Assembly (NCBI GenBank): GCA_045603585.1
Contig: JAZUMK010000013.1
Location: 45,914-109,913 of the forward strand
Origin: Clostridia bacterium
GTDB taxonomy: Bacteria; Bacillota; Clostridia; Christensenellales; CAG-138
Direction of reading: 5' to 3'
Length of the DNA: 64,000 nucleotides
Part shown: positions 26,893 through 37,303 of the stretch, piece after piece
How the letters are laid out: each line of letters begins with the position of its first letter
Position numbering within the stretch: position 1 is the first letter of the stretch
The notes under the pieces: generated by a model
The model's input: the letters and a program-made list of their open reading frames with translations, nothing else
Databases searched by the model: none
Told to the model about the DNA's origin: nothing
Position numbers and translations under genes: made by a program

Positions 26893-27435
26893 ATGCAGGA
26901 TACACGTTTTTCCGCAATAGAATGCATATTGTTTGTTTCCGGTGAGCCGGTGTCTATAGTTCAGCTTCAGCGGGCGCTGGATATGACCGGCATAGAGATC
27001 AATGCCGTCATTCAGCAGATGGAGGAGCTTTACCGCACAGAGGAGCGAGGCGTACAGCTGTATATTACCGATGATACTGTGCAGCTGGTATCCAACCGCA
27101 AGTATGCAAACTATGTTGAAGAGCTGCTTCAGCCTGCCCAGACAAAGAGCTTTTCTCAGGCCATGCTGGAAACTCTCTCCATAATCGCCTATCGTCAGCC
27201 TGTTACCCGTTCTGATATAGAGGCTGTGCGCGGGGTAAGGTGCGATTATTCCGTCAGCCAGCTTTTAAAGCTGGGCCTTATTCAGGAAATGGGCCGCAAG
27301 GATTCTGTTGGCAGACCTATGACTTTCGGCACCACGGATGCATTTCTTCGTCAGTTTGGCATACATTCCATTGAGGAACTTCCGGAGTACGGAGCTTTTG
27401 CAGAAGAGGAAAGCGAAGACTTGCCGGAAGAATAA
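26893..27435 (+). CDS. scpB: Segregation and condensation protein B
   Basis: IECILFVSGEPVSI..., ...LSIIAYRQPVTRSDIEAVRGV..., ...GRPMTFGTTDAFL. Confidence 0.9.
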   Translation: MQDTRFSAIECILFVSGEPVSIVQLQRALDMTGIEINAVIQQMEELYRTEERGVQLYITDDTVQLVSNRKYANYVEELLQPAQTKSFSQAMLETLSIIAYRQPVTRSDIEAVRGVRCDYSVSQLLKLGLIQEMGRKDSVGRPMTFGTTDAFLRQFGIHSIEELPEYGAFAEEESEDLPEE

Positions 27436-27468
27436 TAAAAATACCATATCTTCCAAATACTAAGAGCC

Positions 27469-28011
27469 ATGATCAGCGTGGCTCTTTATATTTTGTCTGC
27501 ATCCGCCCTGCTTTTATTGACAGGGGCAAGGATAAAATTCAGACTGCTTGTGGAATTGCGGCAGGCCCGGCTCAATGTTGAAGCGGGGATTTTTTTCGGT
27601 GCGCTGAAGCTGAAGGGAGATGCGGTGGCCTGCTGGTTTCCCTTTACGCTGTATGTGAACGGAAAACCACATTCCCTGCCCAAACGCAAGCAGAAAACAT
27701 CATTGCCGCGGCATATATGGAAGGGGACCGAATTCAGCAGGCTGAACATTTCTTCGTCGGTCGGCATAAAGGATGACGGAGCGGCAAGCGTGGTATTTTC
27801 GGGTATATTGCGGGAGGGATTGCGCGCTGCTGCGCAGCTTTTGGCTCCGCATGAGCTGTCTGTCGGTTCAACGCCCGTATTCAGCCATAATACTTTTTGG
27901 CTGGAATTGGAAGGCATAGCAAGGCTGCATCCTACGCAGATTATTTGTGCCGTCATACGGCAAAAAATATCCAAAATGCGGAAGGGGAAAGAGCATGACG
28001 CATCCTGTTGA
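27469..28011 (+). CDS. DUF2953/YtfI-like sporulation-associated protein
   Basis: N-terminal TM segment. Sits immediately upstream of and overlaps the ytfJ/gerW-like gene, as in other Firmicutes. Confidence 0.55.
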   Translation: MISVALYILSASALLLLTGARIKFRLLVELRQARLNVEAGIFFGALKLKGDAVACWFPFTLYVNGKPHSLPKRKQKTSLPRHIWKGTEFSRLNISSSVGIKDDGAASVVFSGILREGLRAAAQLLAPHELSVGSTPVFSHNTFWLELEGIARLHPTQIICAVIRQKISKMRKGKEHDASC

Positions 28012-28453
28012 AAACATAATGAAAACCACAATGGAACAGCTTAAAGCAATGGCGGATGTAAACACCATAGTGGGCAATCCCATACTTACGGCGGGGGAAA
28101 CCATGATATTGCCCGTATCAAAGCTGTCCATGGGATTTATATCCGGCGGCGGAGAATACGGCTCTGAGAAAAAGCTTACGCCCATACAAAGGAGCGCAGA
28201 GGAGATGAAGGAATACAGCAGCTATCCTTTTGCCGGGGCGGCTGTTGCCGGAATGACAATTACACCGCTGGCATTTTTGTCGGTAAATAACGGATGTGTA
28301 AAGGTTATGCCTGCGGATTATGATACGACCTTTGACAGGGCGGTGGAGATGCTTCCCGAGCTTATCGGCACCATGGAGCAGGCGCTGAAAAACAGCATAA
28401 AAAGCTGTAAATGCGGCGAAGAAGATGATTCGAAGAGCAGCAGTGACCAATGA
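27995..28453 (+). CDS. ytfJ: GerW/YtfJ-family sporulation protein
   Basis: MEQLKAMADVNTIVGNPILTAGETMILPVSKLSMGFISGGGEYG. Confidence 0.8.
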   Translation: MTHPVENIMKTTMEQLKAMADVNTIVGNPILTAGETMILPVSKLSMGFISGGGEYGSEKKLTPIQRSAEEMKEYSSYPFAGAAVAGMTITPLAFLSVNNGCVKVMPADYDTTFDRAVEMLPELIGTMEQALKNSIKSCKCGEEDDSKSSSDQ

Positions 28454-29562
28454 GCCGGAAAAAAAGAGGGATACTGTGGCTGATATGTATCATAATTGCC
28501 GTATTTCCGGTATGGGCATATGCGGTCGATACTTCTGCACAGAGCGCAATACTTATAGAGGCCCAAACAGGCAAGGTACTGTATGCGCATAATGCCCACG
28601 AAAGGCTTCCCATGGCAAGCACCACAAAGATAATGACAGCGATGGTAGCATTGGAGCATGGAAACATGGAGGATATCGTGACGGCGGATGCCAGCGCATA
28701 CGGAACAGAAGGCTCCAGCATATATCTGCATCTTGAAGAAGAGATAAGCCTGAAAGACCTGCTGTACGGACTTATGCTGTCATCGGGAAACGATGCTGCT
28801 GTTGCCATAGCTGTGCATATAGGCGGGGGAACACGGACTTTTGCGGACATGATGAACAAAAAAGCCATGGAGCTGGGGGCATACAATACCAATTTTGTAA
28901 CGCCCAACGGGCTGCATGATGAGCAGCACTATACCACCGCATATGACCTTGCCCGCATAGCCGCTGCGGCAATGAAAAATCCGAATTTCCGCGAGATAGT
29001 ATCAACGGAATATTACAGGGCGGAAACGGGGGAGGTTGCCCGAACGTTTAAAAATAAAAACCGCATACTGTGGGAATATGCGGGCGGCACAGGGATAAAG
29101 ACAGGCTATACAAAGGCCGCAGGGAAATGCCTTGTGTTTTCCGCGGAGCAGGCCGGCATGGAATTGATAGGGGTAGTGCTTAATTGTCCGGATATGTTTC
29201 CGGATGCAGAGAAAATACTGGATTACGGCTTTGAAAACTATGAAACTGCTGAAATGGTGAAAGCGGGAAGTATTGTGGCCCGCGTATCCGTGTCCGGCGG
29301 CGAAAAAAGCCTATTGGAACTTACAACTGCGCAGGATATAATAGTACCAGTACAAAAAGACAGCTCTGCCACATACAGAACCAGGGTGGTCACCGAGGAA
29401 AACATATCCGCTCCGGTATATAAGGGTGAAAGCCTGGGCTATGTGGAAATACTGGATGGAAATGCCTTGCTGATGCGGTATCAGCTGGTTGCCGCCGAGG
29501 ATATACCCGATGCGGGTATAAGCTACTATTTTAACAGAATCTTAAGACGTTTTGCCGCATAA
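28450..29562 (+). CDS. dacB: D-alanyl-D-alanine carboxypeptidase (S11), catalytic motifs intact
   Basis: MASTTKIMT (SxxK), SGNDAA (SxN), IKTGYTKAAGKC (KTG). Position between scpB/ytfJ and rluB matches Bacillus dacB. Confidence 0.85.
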   Translation: MSRKKRGILWLICIIIAVFPVWAYAVDTSAQSAILIEAQTGKVLYAHNAHERLPMASTTKIMTAMVALEHGNMEDIVTADASAYGTEGSSIYLHLEEEISLKDLLYGLMLSSGNDAAVAIAVHIGGGTRTFADMMNKKAMELGAYNTNFVTPNGLHDEQHYTTAYDLARIAAAAMKNPNFREIVSTEYYRAETGEVARTFKNKNRILWEYAGGTGIKTGYTKAAGKCLVFSAEQAGMELIGVVLNCPDMFPDAEKILDYGFENYETAEMVKAGSIVARVSVSGGEKSLLELTTAQDIIVPVQKDSSATYRTRVVTEENISAPVYKGESLGYVEILDGNALLMRYQLVAAEDIPDAGISYYFNRILRRFAA

Positions 29563-29585
29563 CAGGCGGCGGTGGGGGTATAAAT

Positions 29586-30293
29586 ATGCGTTTGCAGAAA
29601 TTCATGGCGGATGCTGGAGTTGCGTCCAGAAGAAAGTGTGAAGAATATATTTCAGCAGGACGGGTAAAGGTAAATGGCACAGTTGCTGAAATAGGATGCA
29701 CAGTAGAGCCCGGTGATACGGTTGAATTTGACGGCAAACTGCTGACGGCAGATAAGCAGCGCATAGTTATAATGCTTAACAAACCTCAGGGTGTGGTTTG
29801 CACCTGCAGCGATCCGGAGGGCCGCAGGACGGTTGTTGATTACGTTAAGGAGCTGCCTTTCAGGCTGTATAACGTTGGCCGTCTGGATTATGACTCCGAG
29901 GGGCTGATATTGCTTACCAATGACGGAGAGCTGGCATATCGCATGACACATCCAAAGTTTGAGATGGATAAGACTTATCATGTGGTATGCAGCGGAACCA
30001 TTACAGAGCGGGACATTTCCCGCCTGCAGAGCGGCATAACGCTGGATGATGGAGTTACATCCCCTGCAGAGGTGGCCAATGTACGTATTCGCCGGGACAA
30101 TAAATCCGAGCTGGATATTACCATACACGAAGGGCGAAACAGGCAGGTGCGCCGCATGATATCCGCAGTGGGAAAGGACACGCTGCTGCTGAGAAGAATA
30201 AAAGAAGGACCGCTGGAGCTTGCAGACCTTAAAACAGGCCAGTGGCGGTATCTTACAGAGCAGGAAATCAAGGCCCTGAATCCGGTTGAATAA
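29586..30293 (+). CDS. rluB: Pseudouridine synthase (RsuA/RluB family)
   Basis: S4 domain MRLQKFMADAGVASRRKCEEYI and catalytic NVGRLDYDSEGLILLTNDG. Confidence 0.9.
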   Translation: MRLQKFMADAGVASRRKCEEYISAGRVKVNGTVAEIGCTVEPGDTVEFDGKLLTADKQRIVIMLNKPQGVVCTCSDPEGRRTVVDYVKELPFRLYNVGRLDYDSEGLILLTNDGELAYRMTHPKFEMDKTYHVVCSGTITERDISRLQSGITLDDGVTSPAEVANVRIRRDNKSELDITIHEGRNRQVRRMISAVGKDTLLLRRIKEGPLELADLKTGQWRYLTEQEIKALNPVE

Positions 30294-30332
30294 CCGGCCG
30301 GAGCTTTGCCATAAGCGAATATAATATATAAT

Positions 30333-30368
30333 GCCCCGCTTAACGTCAATAGTTATCAGCGGGGCTTT
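30333..30368 (+). terminator. Probable terminator after rluB
   Basis: 8-bp GC-rich stem GCCCCGCT / AGCGGGGC with a 17-nt loop, followed by TTTGATATT. Confidence 0.5.
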
Positions 30369-30505
30369 GATATTGCTATTTTTTCAACATTAAGGTACAA
30401 TTATACAAAAATGGGGGAACAGTGGGTGACTTGAAATCCACGGATTTCCGCATAAGCTTGTATTATAGCTTTTTTATTAGTCACATCTTTCATTATTGAT
30501 AATTC

Positions 30506-30811
30506 ATGAAGGGAGGAACACTTAAATTGACAAACGTTAGCCCCGTATTCGTACTGCTGTTGGGCTTGGGAACTGTGTTTTTTGGCCTTTTCTGCCTTAT
30601 AGTTCTCACCAAGCTTATGAGCAAGGCTCTTGGCGAAGGAAAAGAAGCGGCCGTAAAGGCGGCGCCCGCCGCTGCTGCCGCTCCTGTACAGGCAGCTGCT
30701 CCTGACGTAGCGGACCGCAAGGCTTTTGATGCAGCCATTGCCGCAGCCATTGCCACTTTTATGGGCGGAGAGCTCCAGGGTCTCAGAATCCGCAGCATCA
30801 AGAAGGTCTAA
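30506..30811 (+). CDS. oadG: OadG-family small membrane subunit of a Na+-translocating decarboxylase
   Basis: A single N-terminal TM segment (VFVLLLGLGTVFFGLFCLIVL) followed by an Ala/Pro-rich tail. The true start may be TTG 30527, which follows a GGGAGGA RBS. Confidence 0.7.
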   Translation: MKGGTLKLTNVSPVFVLLLGLGTVFFGLFCLIVLTKLMSKALGEGKEAAVKAAPAAAAAPVQAAAPDVADRKAFDAAIAAAIATFMGGELQGLRIRSIKKV

Positions 30812-30847
30812 AAACATTATTATCGAATATTATTGGAGGAAATTATA

Positions 30848-31216
30848 ATGCGTAAGTTTCTGGTAAACGTAAACGGTACTTCCTACGAAGTTGAAGTAGA
30901 AGAGATCGCCGCAGGCGCAGCACCCGCCGCTGCTCCCGCTCCTGTTGCAGCACCTGCTCCCGCTCCTGTTGCAGCACCCGCACCCGCTGCCGCTCCCGCT
31001 GGTGCCGCAGGCGTAACCGCTCCCATGCCCGGCAACATTCTTGACGTTAAGGTCAAGGTTGGCGATGTTGTAAACGAGAACACCGTAGTTGTTATTCTCG
31101 AGGCCATGAAGATGGAAAACGAGATCTTTGCCGGCGCAAACGGCAAGGTTACCGCTGTTAACGTAGTTAAGGGTGCAACTGTAAACTCCGGCGACGTTCT
31201 GGTAGTTATCGGCTAA
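30848..31216 (+). CDS. Free-standing biotin carboxyl carrier (biotinyl domain) subunit
   Basis: Biotinylation motif EAMKMENEI and a long Ala/Pro linker. GGAGGA RBS precedes ATG 30848. Confidence 0.9.
   Translation: MRKFLVNVNGTSYEVEVEEIAAGAAPAAAPAPVAAPAPAPVAAPAPAAAPAGAAGVTAPMPGNILDVKVKVGDVVNENTVVVILEAMKMENEIFAGANGKVTAVNVVKGATVNSGDVLVVIG
30932..30979 (+). repeat. Two tandem 24-nt units encoding the (APAPVAAP)x2 linker
   Basis: GCTCCCGCTCCTGTTGCAGCACCT is repeated directly with one mismatch, inside the BCCP coding sequence. Confidence 0.8.
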
Positions 31217-31257
31217 TCTCCTATGCAGTAAAGATAATAATGGAAAGGAGACAGTAG

Positions 31258-32430
31258 ATGAACTACATCGAACCTATCAAGGATTTCATTGGTTCAACCG
31301 GCTTTGCGCTTATTGGCGAGAATCCTCTCAATCTGGTAATGATCGCCGTAGCTTGCCTGTTGTTGTACCTTGCAATAGTTAAAAAATACGAGCCCTTGCT
31401 GCTGGTACCTATCGCATTCGGTATGCTGCTCACCAATCTTCCCGGAGCAGGTCTGTTCCACAATGAGCTTTACGCAGGCGGCCATGTTAATTGGGCTGCA
31501 TTCAGCGAAGAGGCAGGTCTTATTGACTATCTCTATCTTGGTGTAAAGCTGGGCATTTATCCTTCACTCATCTTTATGGGTGTAGGCGCTATGACAGACT
31601 TTGGTCCCCTCATCGCCAACCCCAAGAGCCTGCTGCTGGGCGCTGCCGCTCAGCTGGGCATCTTTGTTGCCTTCTTTGGCGCGCTGCTGCTGGGCTTTAC
31701 TAATCCTCAGGCTGCTTCCATCGGTATTATCGGCGGTGCAGACGGTCCTACCGCAATATACGTTACCTCTCAGCTGGCCGGTGACCTGCTTGGTCCCATT
31801 GCAGTTGCGGCATACTCCTATATGGCCCTGGTTCCTGTTATCCAGCCTCCCATCATGAAGGCGCTGACCACAAAGAAGGAGCGTATGGTAGTGATGGAGC
31901 AGCTCAGGCCTGTATCCAAGAAGGAAAAGATCATTTTCCCCATCGTATGCACCATCTTCGTATCTCTGCTGCTGCCCTCCGCTGCTCCCCTTATCGGCCT
32001 GCTTATGCTGGGCAACCTGTTTAAGGAGTGCGGCGTTACCGAGCGTCTCTGCAAGACCGCTCAGAACGAGCTGATGAATATCGTTACTATCTTCCTGGGC
32101 GTATCCGTTGGCGCTACCGCTACTGCAGAAGCTTTCCTTAACTGGCAGACCATCGGCATCTTTGTAATGGGCGTATGCGCGTTCGGCTTTGGTACCGCAG
32201 GCGGCGTATTGCTTGGCAAGCTCATGTATGTGCTTTCCGGCGGCAAGATCAATCCCCTTATCGGTTCCGCAGGCGTATCTGCCGTTCCCATGGCAGCCCG
32301 CGTATCCCAGGTGGTTGGTCAGAAGGAAAACCCCAAGAACTTCCTGCTCATGCACGCTATGGGCCCCAACGTGGCAGGCGTTATCGGTTCTGCGATCGCA
32401 GCCGGCGTATTCCTTGCCCTCTTCCAGTAA
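31258..32430 (+). CDS. oadB: Na+-translocating decarboxylase beta subunit
   Basis: 390-aa polytopic membrane protein with OadB/GcdB/MmdB-type motifs (GADGPTAIY..., ...[12 protein letters not shown]). Confidence 0.9.
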   Translation: MNYIEPIKDFIGSTGFALIGENPLNLVMIAVACLLLYLAIVKKYEPLLLVPIAFGMLLTNLPGAGLFHNELYAGGHVNWAAFSEEAGLIDYLYLGVKLGIYPSLIFMGVGAMTDFGPLIANPKSLLLGAAAQLGIFVAFFGALLLGFTNPQAASIGIIGGADGPTAIYVTSQLAGDLLGPIAVAAYSYMALVPVIQPPIMKALTTKKERMVVMEQLRPVSKKEKIIFPIVCTIFVSLLLPSAAPLIGLLMLGNLFKECGVTERLCKTAQNELMNIVTIFLGVSVGATATAEAFLNWQTIGIFVMGVCAFGFGTAGGVLLGKLMYVLSGGKINPLIGSAGVSAVPMAARVSQVVGQKENPKNFLLMHAMGPNVAGVIGSAIAAGVFLALFQ

Positions 32431-32444
32431 TAGGAGGTTAACCT

Positions 32445-33893
32445 ATGGCTAAAAAATTGATGATAACCGATACCATACTGCGCGATGCTCACCAGTCTCA
32501 GGCTGCCACCCGAATGAGGGTGGAGGATATGCTTCCCGCCTGCGAAATTCTGGACAGCATCGGCTACTACTCCCTGGAATGCTGGGGCGGCGCAACCTTT
32601 GACAGCTGCCTTCGCTTCCTCAATGAGGACCCCTGGGAAAGGCTACGCAAGCTTAAGAAGGCTCTGCCCAATACCAAGCTGCAGATGCTTTTCCGCGGCC
32701 AGAATATACTGGGCTACAAGCACTATGCAGACGACGTAGTTGAGCAGTTCTGCCGCAAGGCGATTGAAAACGGTATTGACGTAGTACGTATATTTGACGC
32801 ACTCAACGACGTACGCAATCTGGAATCCGCCATCAAGTACACCAAGAAGTACGGCGGAATCTGTGAGCCTGCTATCAGCTATACCATCAGCCCTGTACAT
32901 AACGAGGACTATTTCGTAAAGCTGGCCAAGGAGCTGGTTCAGATGGGCGCAGACAATATCTGCATTAAGGACATGGCAAACCTGCTGCTGCCTTATGATG
33001 CATACTCTCTGGTAAAGCGTCTTAAGGAAGAAGTGGATGTACCCATCCATCTGCACACCCACAACACCACCGGTACCGGCGACATGACTTACCTCATGGC
33101 CATGCAGGCCGGCGTAGATATCGTAGACTGCGCTCTGTCTCCTCTGGCAAACGGTACTGCACAGCCTGCCACCGAGGCTCTGGTTGCCACCCTTAAGGGA
33201 ACCGAGCATGATACCGGCTATGACCTTGAAAAGCTTGCTCAGGCCGCCAAGCACTTCCGCGGCGTTGCCAACAAGCTCAAGGAGCAGGGCAGCCTGGATC
33301 CCAAGGTACTCAACGTTGATACCAACACCCTGATTTATCAGGTTCCAGGCGGCATGCTTTCCAACCTTATCAGCCAGCTGAAGCAGGCCAATAAGGAAGA
33401 AAAGTACTACGACGTTCTTGCTGAGATCCCCGTAGTTCGCAAGGACTTCGGCTATCCTCCCCTTGTAACTCCTTCCAGCCAGATAGTTGGTACTCAGGCC
33501 GTATTTAACGTACTGATGGGTCGCTATAAGACCTTTACCAAGGAATCCAAGGCAGTTCTGGCCGGCGAATACGGCGCACTGCCCGGCGAGGTAAACGAAG
33601 AAGTACGCCGCATGGCTATCGGCGATAAGCAGCCTATAACCTGCCGTCCCGCCGATCTGCTTACTCCCGAGCTCGAGAAGTACGAGCAGGAAGTAAAGGA
33701 AATGGGCTACTACGAGCAGGAAGAGGACGTACTGAGCTACGCTCTGTTCCCCCAGGTAGCACAGAAGTTCTTCGAAGCCCGCAAGGCCGCCAAGGAAGCT
33801 CCTGCCGCTCCCGCAGCAGCCCCCGTAGCGGCGGCGGTGCCTGCCGATCCCAACAAGGTTTACAACCTGTATGTTGAGGACGTTACCATCTAA
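32445..33893 (+). CDS. oadA: Oxaloacetate decarboxylase alpha subunit, carboxyltransferase domain only (no biotinyl domain)
   Basis: ITDTILRDAHQSQAATRM..., HLHTHNTTGTG (HMGL-like/5S carboxyltransferase). The C-terminus is an Ala/Pro tail with no MKM motif. Confidence 0.85.
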   Translation: MAKKLMITDTILRDAHQSQAATRMRVEDMLPACEILDSIGYYSLECWGGATFDSCLRFLNEDPWERLRKLKKALPNTKLQMLFRGQNILGYKHYADDVVEQFCRKAIENGIDVVRIFDALNDVRNLESAIKYTKKYGGICEPAISYTISPVHNEDYFVKLAKELVQMGADNICIKDMANLLLPYDAYSLVKRLKEEVDVPIHLHTHNTTGTGDMTYLMAMQAGVDIVDCALSPLANGTAQPATEALVATLKGTEHDTGYDLEKLAQAAKHFRGVANKLKEQGSLDPKVLNVDTNTLIYQVPGGMLSNLISQLKQANKEEKYYDVLAEIPVVRKDFGYPPLVTPSSQIVGTQAVFNVLMGRYKTFTKESKAVLAGEYGALPGEVNEEVRRMAIGDKQPITCRPADLLTPELEKYEQEVKEMGYYEQEEDVLSYALFPQVAQKFFEARKAAKEAPAAPAAAPVAAAVPADPNKVYNLYVEDVTI

Positions 33894-33915
33894 CTTAACG
33901 CATAATAAAATAAAC

Positions 33916-33938
33916 AGCGGACGGCTCAGCCGTCCGCT
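33916..33938. terminator. Bidirectional terminator between convergent oadA and the CotH gene
   Basis: 10-bp perfect stem AGCGGACGGC / GCCGTCCGCT with a 3-nt loop, flanked by A-rich and T-rich runs. Confidence 0.8.
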
Positions 33939-33955
33939 ATTTGTATGTTTAATTA

Positions 33956-36900
33956 TTATTGAACAGCATCAGCAGGGAAGGAAGCTGTGGCTTTTGTTTT
34001 CCATTCTTCCATCTGGGCGTCAGTAAAGCCGAATTCCTTCTGGAGATAGTTCAGCGCATGGCTCTGCCGCTTTTCAAGACAGTCCCGCAGCTCCTTTACG
34101 CTGCTTTTCCATGCGGATACGCTGGAAGGCATACCCCAGCGTTTGATGTGGCGGGCCATTTCGGGTTCCATGGTGGTTACCATCTCGTCAAGAATGCCTG
34201 TTACACGCTCTGGATTGAAGTAATTCAGCGCCACGTAGACGTATCTTTCACCAAAGGCATTGCACCAGCCGGCATTTTTTCTAAGGCCAACGTACAGGTC
34301 CATATTAGTAATGGAGCCATCCTTGGATGGTATCCCCTCGGGATTAAAATAGCTGGGGAGTATGTTGCGGGTGGGATTGGATGCGCTGAAGGCAAGATCC
34401 AAATCGTAATATATCGGCCGCCATTTTATGGTATAGTCCTCAGTTCGCCAATATTTTTGATTGAACATGTCGCCATTGGCAAAGTATGTCTGGGCAATGA
34501 GGTAATCGGTGAAATAATCCACATCGACCCACTGGATGAATTCCTGATATTTTGCATCTGATGAGGTGTCTTCCTCAAGGCCATATTTGCGAACCCTGTA
34601 AAAATCGGTACGGGTGCCCGCAAGGGGAGTTTCGTTGCGGCGTATGATGTTTACGCTGTCCGGATCAACGCCGTAATGCGTTGCCAGATAATCCTCGTTC
34701 TGGTTTTCGTTCAGGTCGTACAGTCCCCAGTATTGGCCGTTTATATAGACGATTACGGGGCGGGTATGAATGTAGTCAAGGTTAAGCCCTTCGACGCATT
34801 TGCTGTAAAAGGAATCCCTGAGACGGGCCTTGGAGGCATCCTGACCGGAATTTCTCACCGCAATTGAGGTATACTCGGTAACGTCGTTTCCGGGGAAAAA
34901 CTGATAGCCGGTGGAGCTTTGACCGTAGCCGCCGCGGAGGAAAATGGACAGGGATTTCTGCCGCATGGTAAGGGTGGAGGCGCCGTTTACCCTAAGGCCG
35001 CAAGGGAATTGGGTACCCAGCAGACCGTCAGCTTCGTAGTATTCGCAGTATCCTTCCCGCTCAACCTTTTGCCACCTGTCCGTAACGGAATATACTTCAT
35101 CGAAAGCAGTGCTGTCTATGGAGAGACATACCACAGGAAGGGTGTGAGGCTCTTCAAAGAGGAAGGTTGCGGCGGCGGTATCGCTTTGCAGCAGGCCGTC
35201 AGCAACCGCAATAGCCTTAACGGGGGTATTTTTTGATATTGTCAAAGGAGCGGTATACTGGGTGGATTCCACGGTGGGTTTGCTGCCGTCAGTGGTGTAG
35301 TATATCTTTGCATCAGGGGTGAGGCTGCTGATGGACAACTGGAAGGAATCCTTGTGATACAGGGTATTGTCGGAAAAGATAGGGGATGATGTAAAGCTGC
35401 GGTATGCAGAGGCTGTGTTGGCCTTTCCCTTGGTTGGAGAGGAGAAAAATACCCTTTCGGGGTTGCCCTCAACACGTCCTGAGGTCACACCATAGCGCAG
35501 AACGCCTGTTTCAAATATATCCTTAATATTTCCGTCTTCATCGGTGAGAATGAGGGTGTCACCGGTGGCGGATATATTAAAGGGCGCCGAAACGCCCGAT
35601 GTGGATGAGGTTGTGGCGGATATGGAAGCATATTCTCCGGAGGAAATTTTAAATGAGGGGAATGTGAATTTATCCGGCTGGTTTGGATCGTCGGTAAGGT
35701 GCCAGCCCTCAAGATTTATGGACTCACCGGATGAATTATGCAGCTCTATCCAGTCTGTGCCGTCGCTTTTTGCGGCTTTAACTGCTGCAACTTCGCTTAT
35801 ATATACTGAGGAAAGCTTGGTTACGGAAGCATCGGCAGCGTTGGGGAAAGCATGGGTGGTATTTGCCGCGCCGGGGGTGGGGCTTGCATAATAGTAAAGC
35901 TGACCGTCAGACCCTAGGCCAAAGGAGACGTTTTCCCCTATTGCGTGATCAAGCTCAATAAGGTCGTAAGTCATAGTGGCGGTATCTGTAAGCATCAGCT
36001 GATTTTCCGTGCGGGACAGGGAGAAGGAGGTATGAAGCTCACCGTCAGAGGTTTGGTTGCCGGAGAGGAAGACCACCTTATATTCGCCCGGCTCAATGGA
36101 AACTTCGGGGAAATGCCACTTAAAGGGATCATCCGGATTATCCGACAGGCAGTAACTGCTCAGGGATACTGCACTCGAGGAAGCGTTATAAAGTTCCACC
36201 CAGGGAGAGCGGTCGCCATAGAAATCGCGGATGCTGTATTCGTTAAACTTGAGAAGTTCGTTTATCCGTACAGCGGCAGTGGAGTCCATGGCAGATAAGG
36301 TAAGGGAATCAAATGTTATGGCGGAGTTATCATCTGCAGGGGTAGGGAAGGCGGTATAAGTATCCGGACCCACTACGGAAATGCCGGGATATACTGGATT
36401 TGTCCAGTTTATCATGGAGATGATGCTGCCTGTGCCGTTTGCAAGGGCAAGGGCGCTGTCTGCGCTGCCAAGGCGGAAGGACGCATGCATTTCACCGTTG
36501 TCGGTGGAATCTTCGCCGGAAAGATAGATTATTGCATACTGGCCGGGTTGGATCGAGGCAGCGGGCAGTCTCCACTTGGAAGGCTCTGCGATCGAATCCG
36601 AAAGGTAATAATCCGAAAGGGTTATGCTTTCAGAAGAGATATTTTTTATTTCAGCCCAGGAGTAATAGCTTCCGTCTGCAGACTGGAAGGTAGATACGTT
36701 TTCGGGCATTACTTCGGTTATGACCAGAGCGTTGTCTGAGGACATGATGGAAAGGCTGTCTTCAGAGGAAAGGAAGATATCGGTATTGTTTTCACCATTG
36801 GGGGTGGGGGAACTGCAATAGCCGTAGCTGCCTTGGGATGATCTTGCGTAGGAAACGTCGCTGACCAGCTCAGGTATTTCAAGCTGCTGCATCACGTTGT

Positions 36901-37303
36901 AATATGGGTCCACAAGGTATAATAATTCGCCGCTTTTGGAAAGGCCGAAACCGGTACAGAGCAGGCCTTCATCACCTTCGTATTTGGCTGCAAATACCGT
37001 GATATAACCTCCTGCGGGAATGGATACGGCAGGGAAAACCCATTTGTGTGGATCCTTAAGATTATCTGTAAGGCCATAGCCTTCCAAATCCACGGGCACG
37101 CTGCCGGGATTATACAGCTCGATCCAGTCCGGACTGCCAAGCACATCGTCCAGCAGAGAAAAGGAATTTGAAGAAACCACCTCGTTGATGTAAATATCAG
37201 AGGCGGAACCGCTGGCAGAGATGCTGCTGCAGCCGGATAAAGCTGTAATCAACAGCGAGCAGATTATAATTGCAAATGCTTTTTTAAAAGAAGAATTAAT
37301 CAT
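33956..37303 (-). CDS. Large lipoprotein: four lamin-tail domains, a chitobiase-C-like domain and a C-terminal CotH kinase-like domain
   Basis: MINSSFKKAFAIIICSLLITALSGC lipobox. Four repeats of the I(N/T/S)E(V/L)...W(I/V)EL(Y/H)N...L...(Y/W).L(T/S)D pattern. AKIYYTTDGSKPT. C-terminal ...RDSFYSKC..YINGQYWGLYDLNENQNEDYL... is CotH-like. The 40 codons upstream in the track ORF are judged non-coding. Confidence 0.8.
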   Translation of the reverse strand: MINSSFKKAFAIIICSLLITALSGCSSISASGSASDIYINEVVSSNSFSLLDDVLGSPDWIELYNPGSVPVDLEGYGLTDNLKDPHKWVFPAVSIPAGGYITVFAAKYEGDEGLLCTGFGLSKSGELLYLVDPYYNVMQQLEIPELVSDVSYARSSQGSYGYCSSPTPNGENNTDIFLSSEDSLSIMSSDNALVITEVMPENVSTFQSADGSYYSWAEIKNISSESITLSDYYLSDSIAEPSKWRLPAASIQPGQYAIIYLSGEDSTDNGEMHASFRLGSADSALALANGTGSIISMINWTNPVYPGISVVGPDTYTAFPTPADDNSAITFDSLTLSAMDSTAAVRINELLKFNEYSIRDFYGDRSPWVELYNASSSAVSLSSYCLSDNPDDPFKWHFPEVSIEPGEYKVVFLSGNQTSDGELHTSFSLSRTENQLMLTDTATMTYDLIELDHAIGENVSFGLGSDGQLYYYASPTPGAANTTHAFPNAADASVTKLSSVYISEVAAVKAAKSDGTDWIELHNSSGESINLEGWHLTDDPNQPDKFTFPSFKISSGEYASISATTSSTSGVSAPFNISATGDTLILTDEDGNIKDIFETGVLRYGVTSGRVEGNPERVFFSSPTKGKANTASAYRSFTSSPIFSDNTLYHKDSFQLSISSLTPDAKIYYTTDGSKPTVESTQYTAPLTISKNTPVKAIAVADGLLQSDTAAATFLFEEPHTLPVVCLSIDSTAFDEVYSVTDRWQKVEREGYCEYYEADGLLGTQFPCGLRVNGASTLTMRQKSLSIFLRGGYGQSSTGYQFFPGNDVTEYTSIAVRNSGQDASKARLRDSFYSKCVEGLNLDYIHTRPVIVYINGQYWGLYDLNENQNEDYLATHYGVDPDSVNIIRRNETPLAGTRTDFYRVRKYGLEEDTSSDAKYQEFIQWVDVDYFTDYLIAQTYFANGDMFNQKYWRTEDYTIKWRPIYYDLDLAFSASNPTRNILPSYFNPEGIPSKDGSITNMDLYVGLRKNAGWCNAFGERYVYVALNYFNPERVTGILDEMVTTMEPEMARHIKRWGMPSSVSAWKSSVKELRDCLEKRQSHALNYLQKEFGFTDAQMEEWKTKATASFPADAVQ

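Noticed and set aside
30640-31010. Repetitive GC-rich GCTCC/GCAGC tracts that might be a repeat array or CRISPR-like structure.
   Set aside because: They are in-frame Ala/Pro linker codons of the OadG-like and biotin-carrier proteins. There is no spacer/repeat periodicity beyond one 24-nt duplication.
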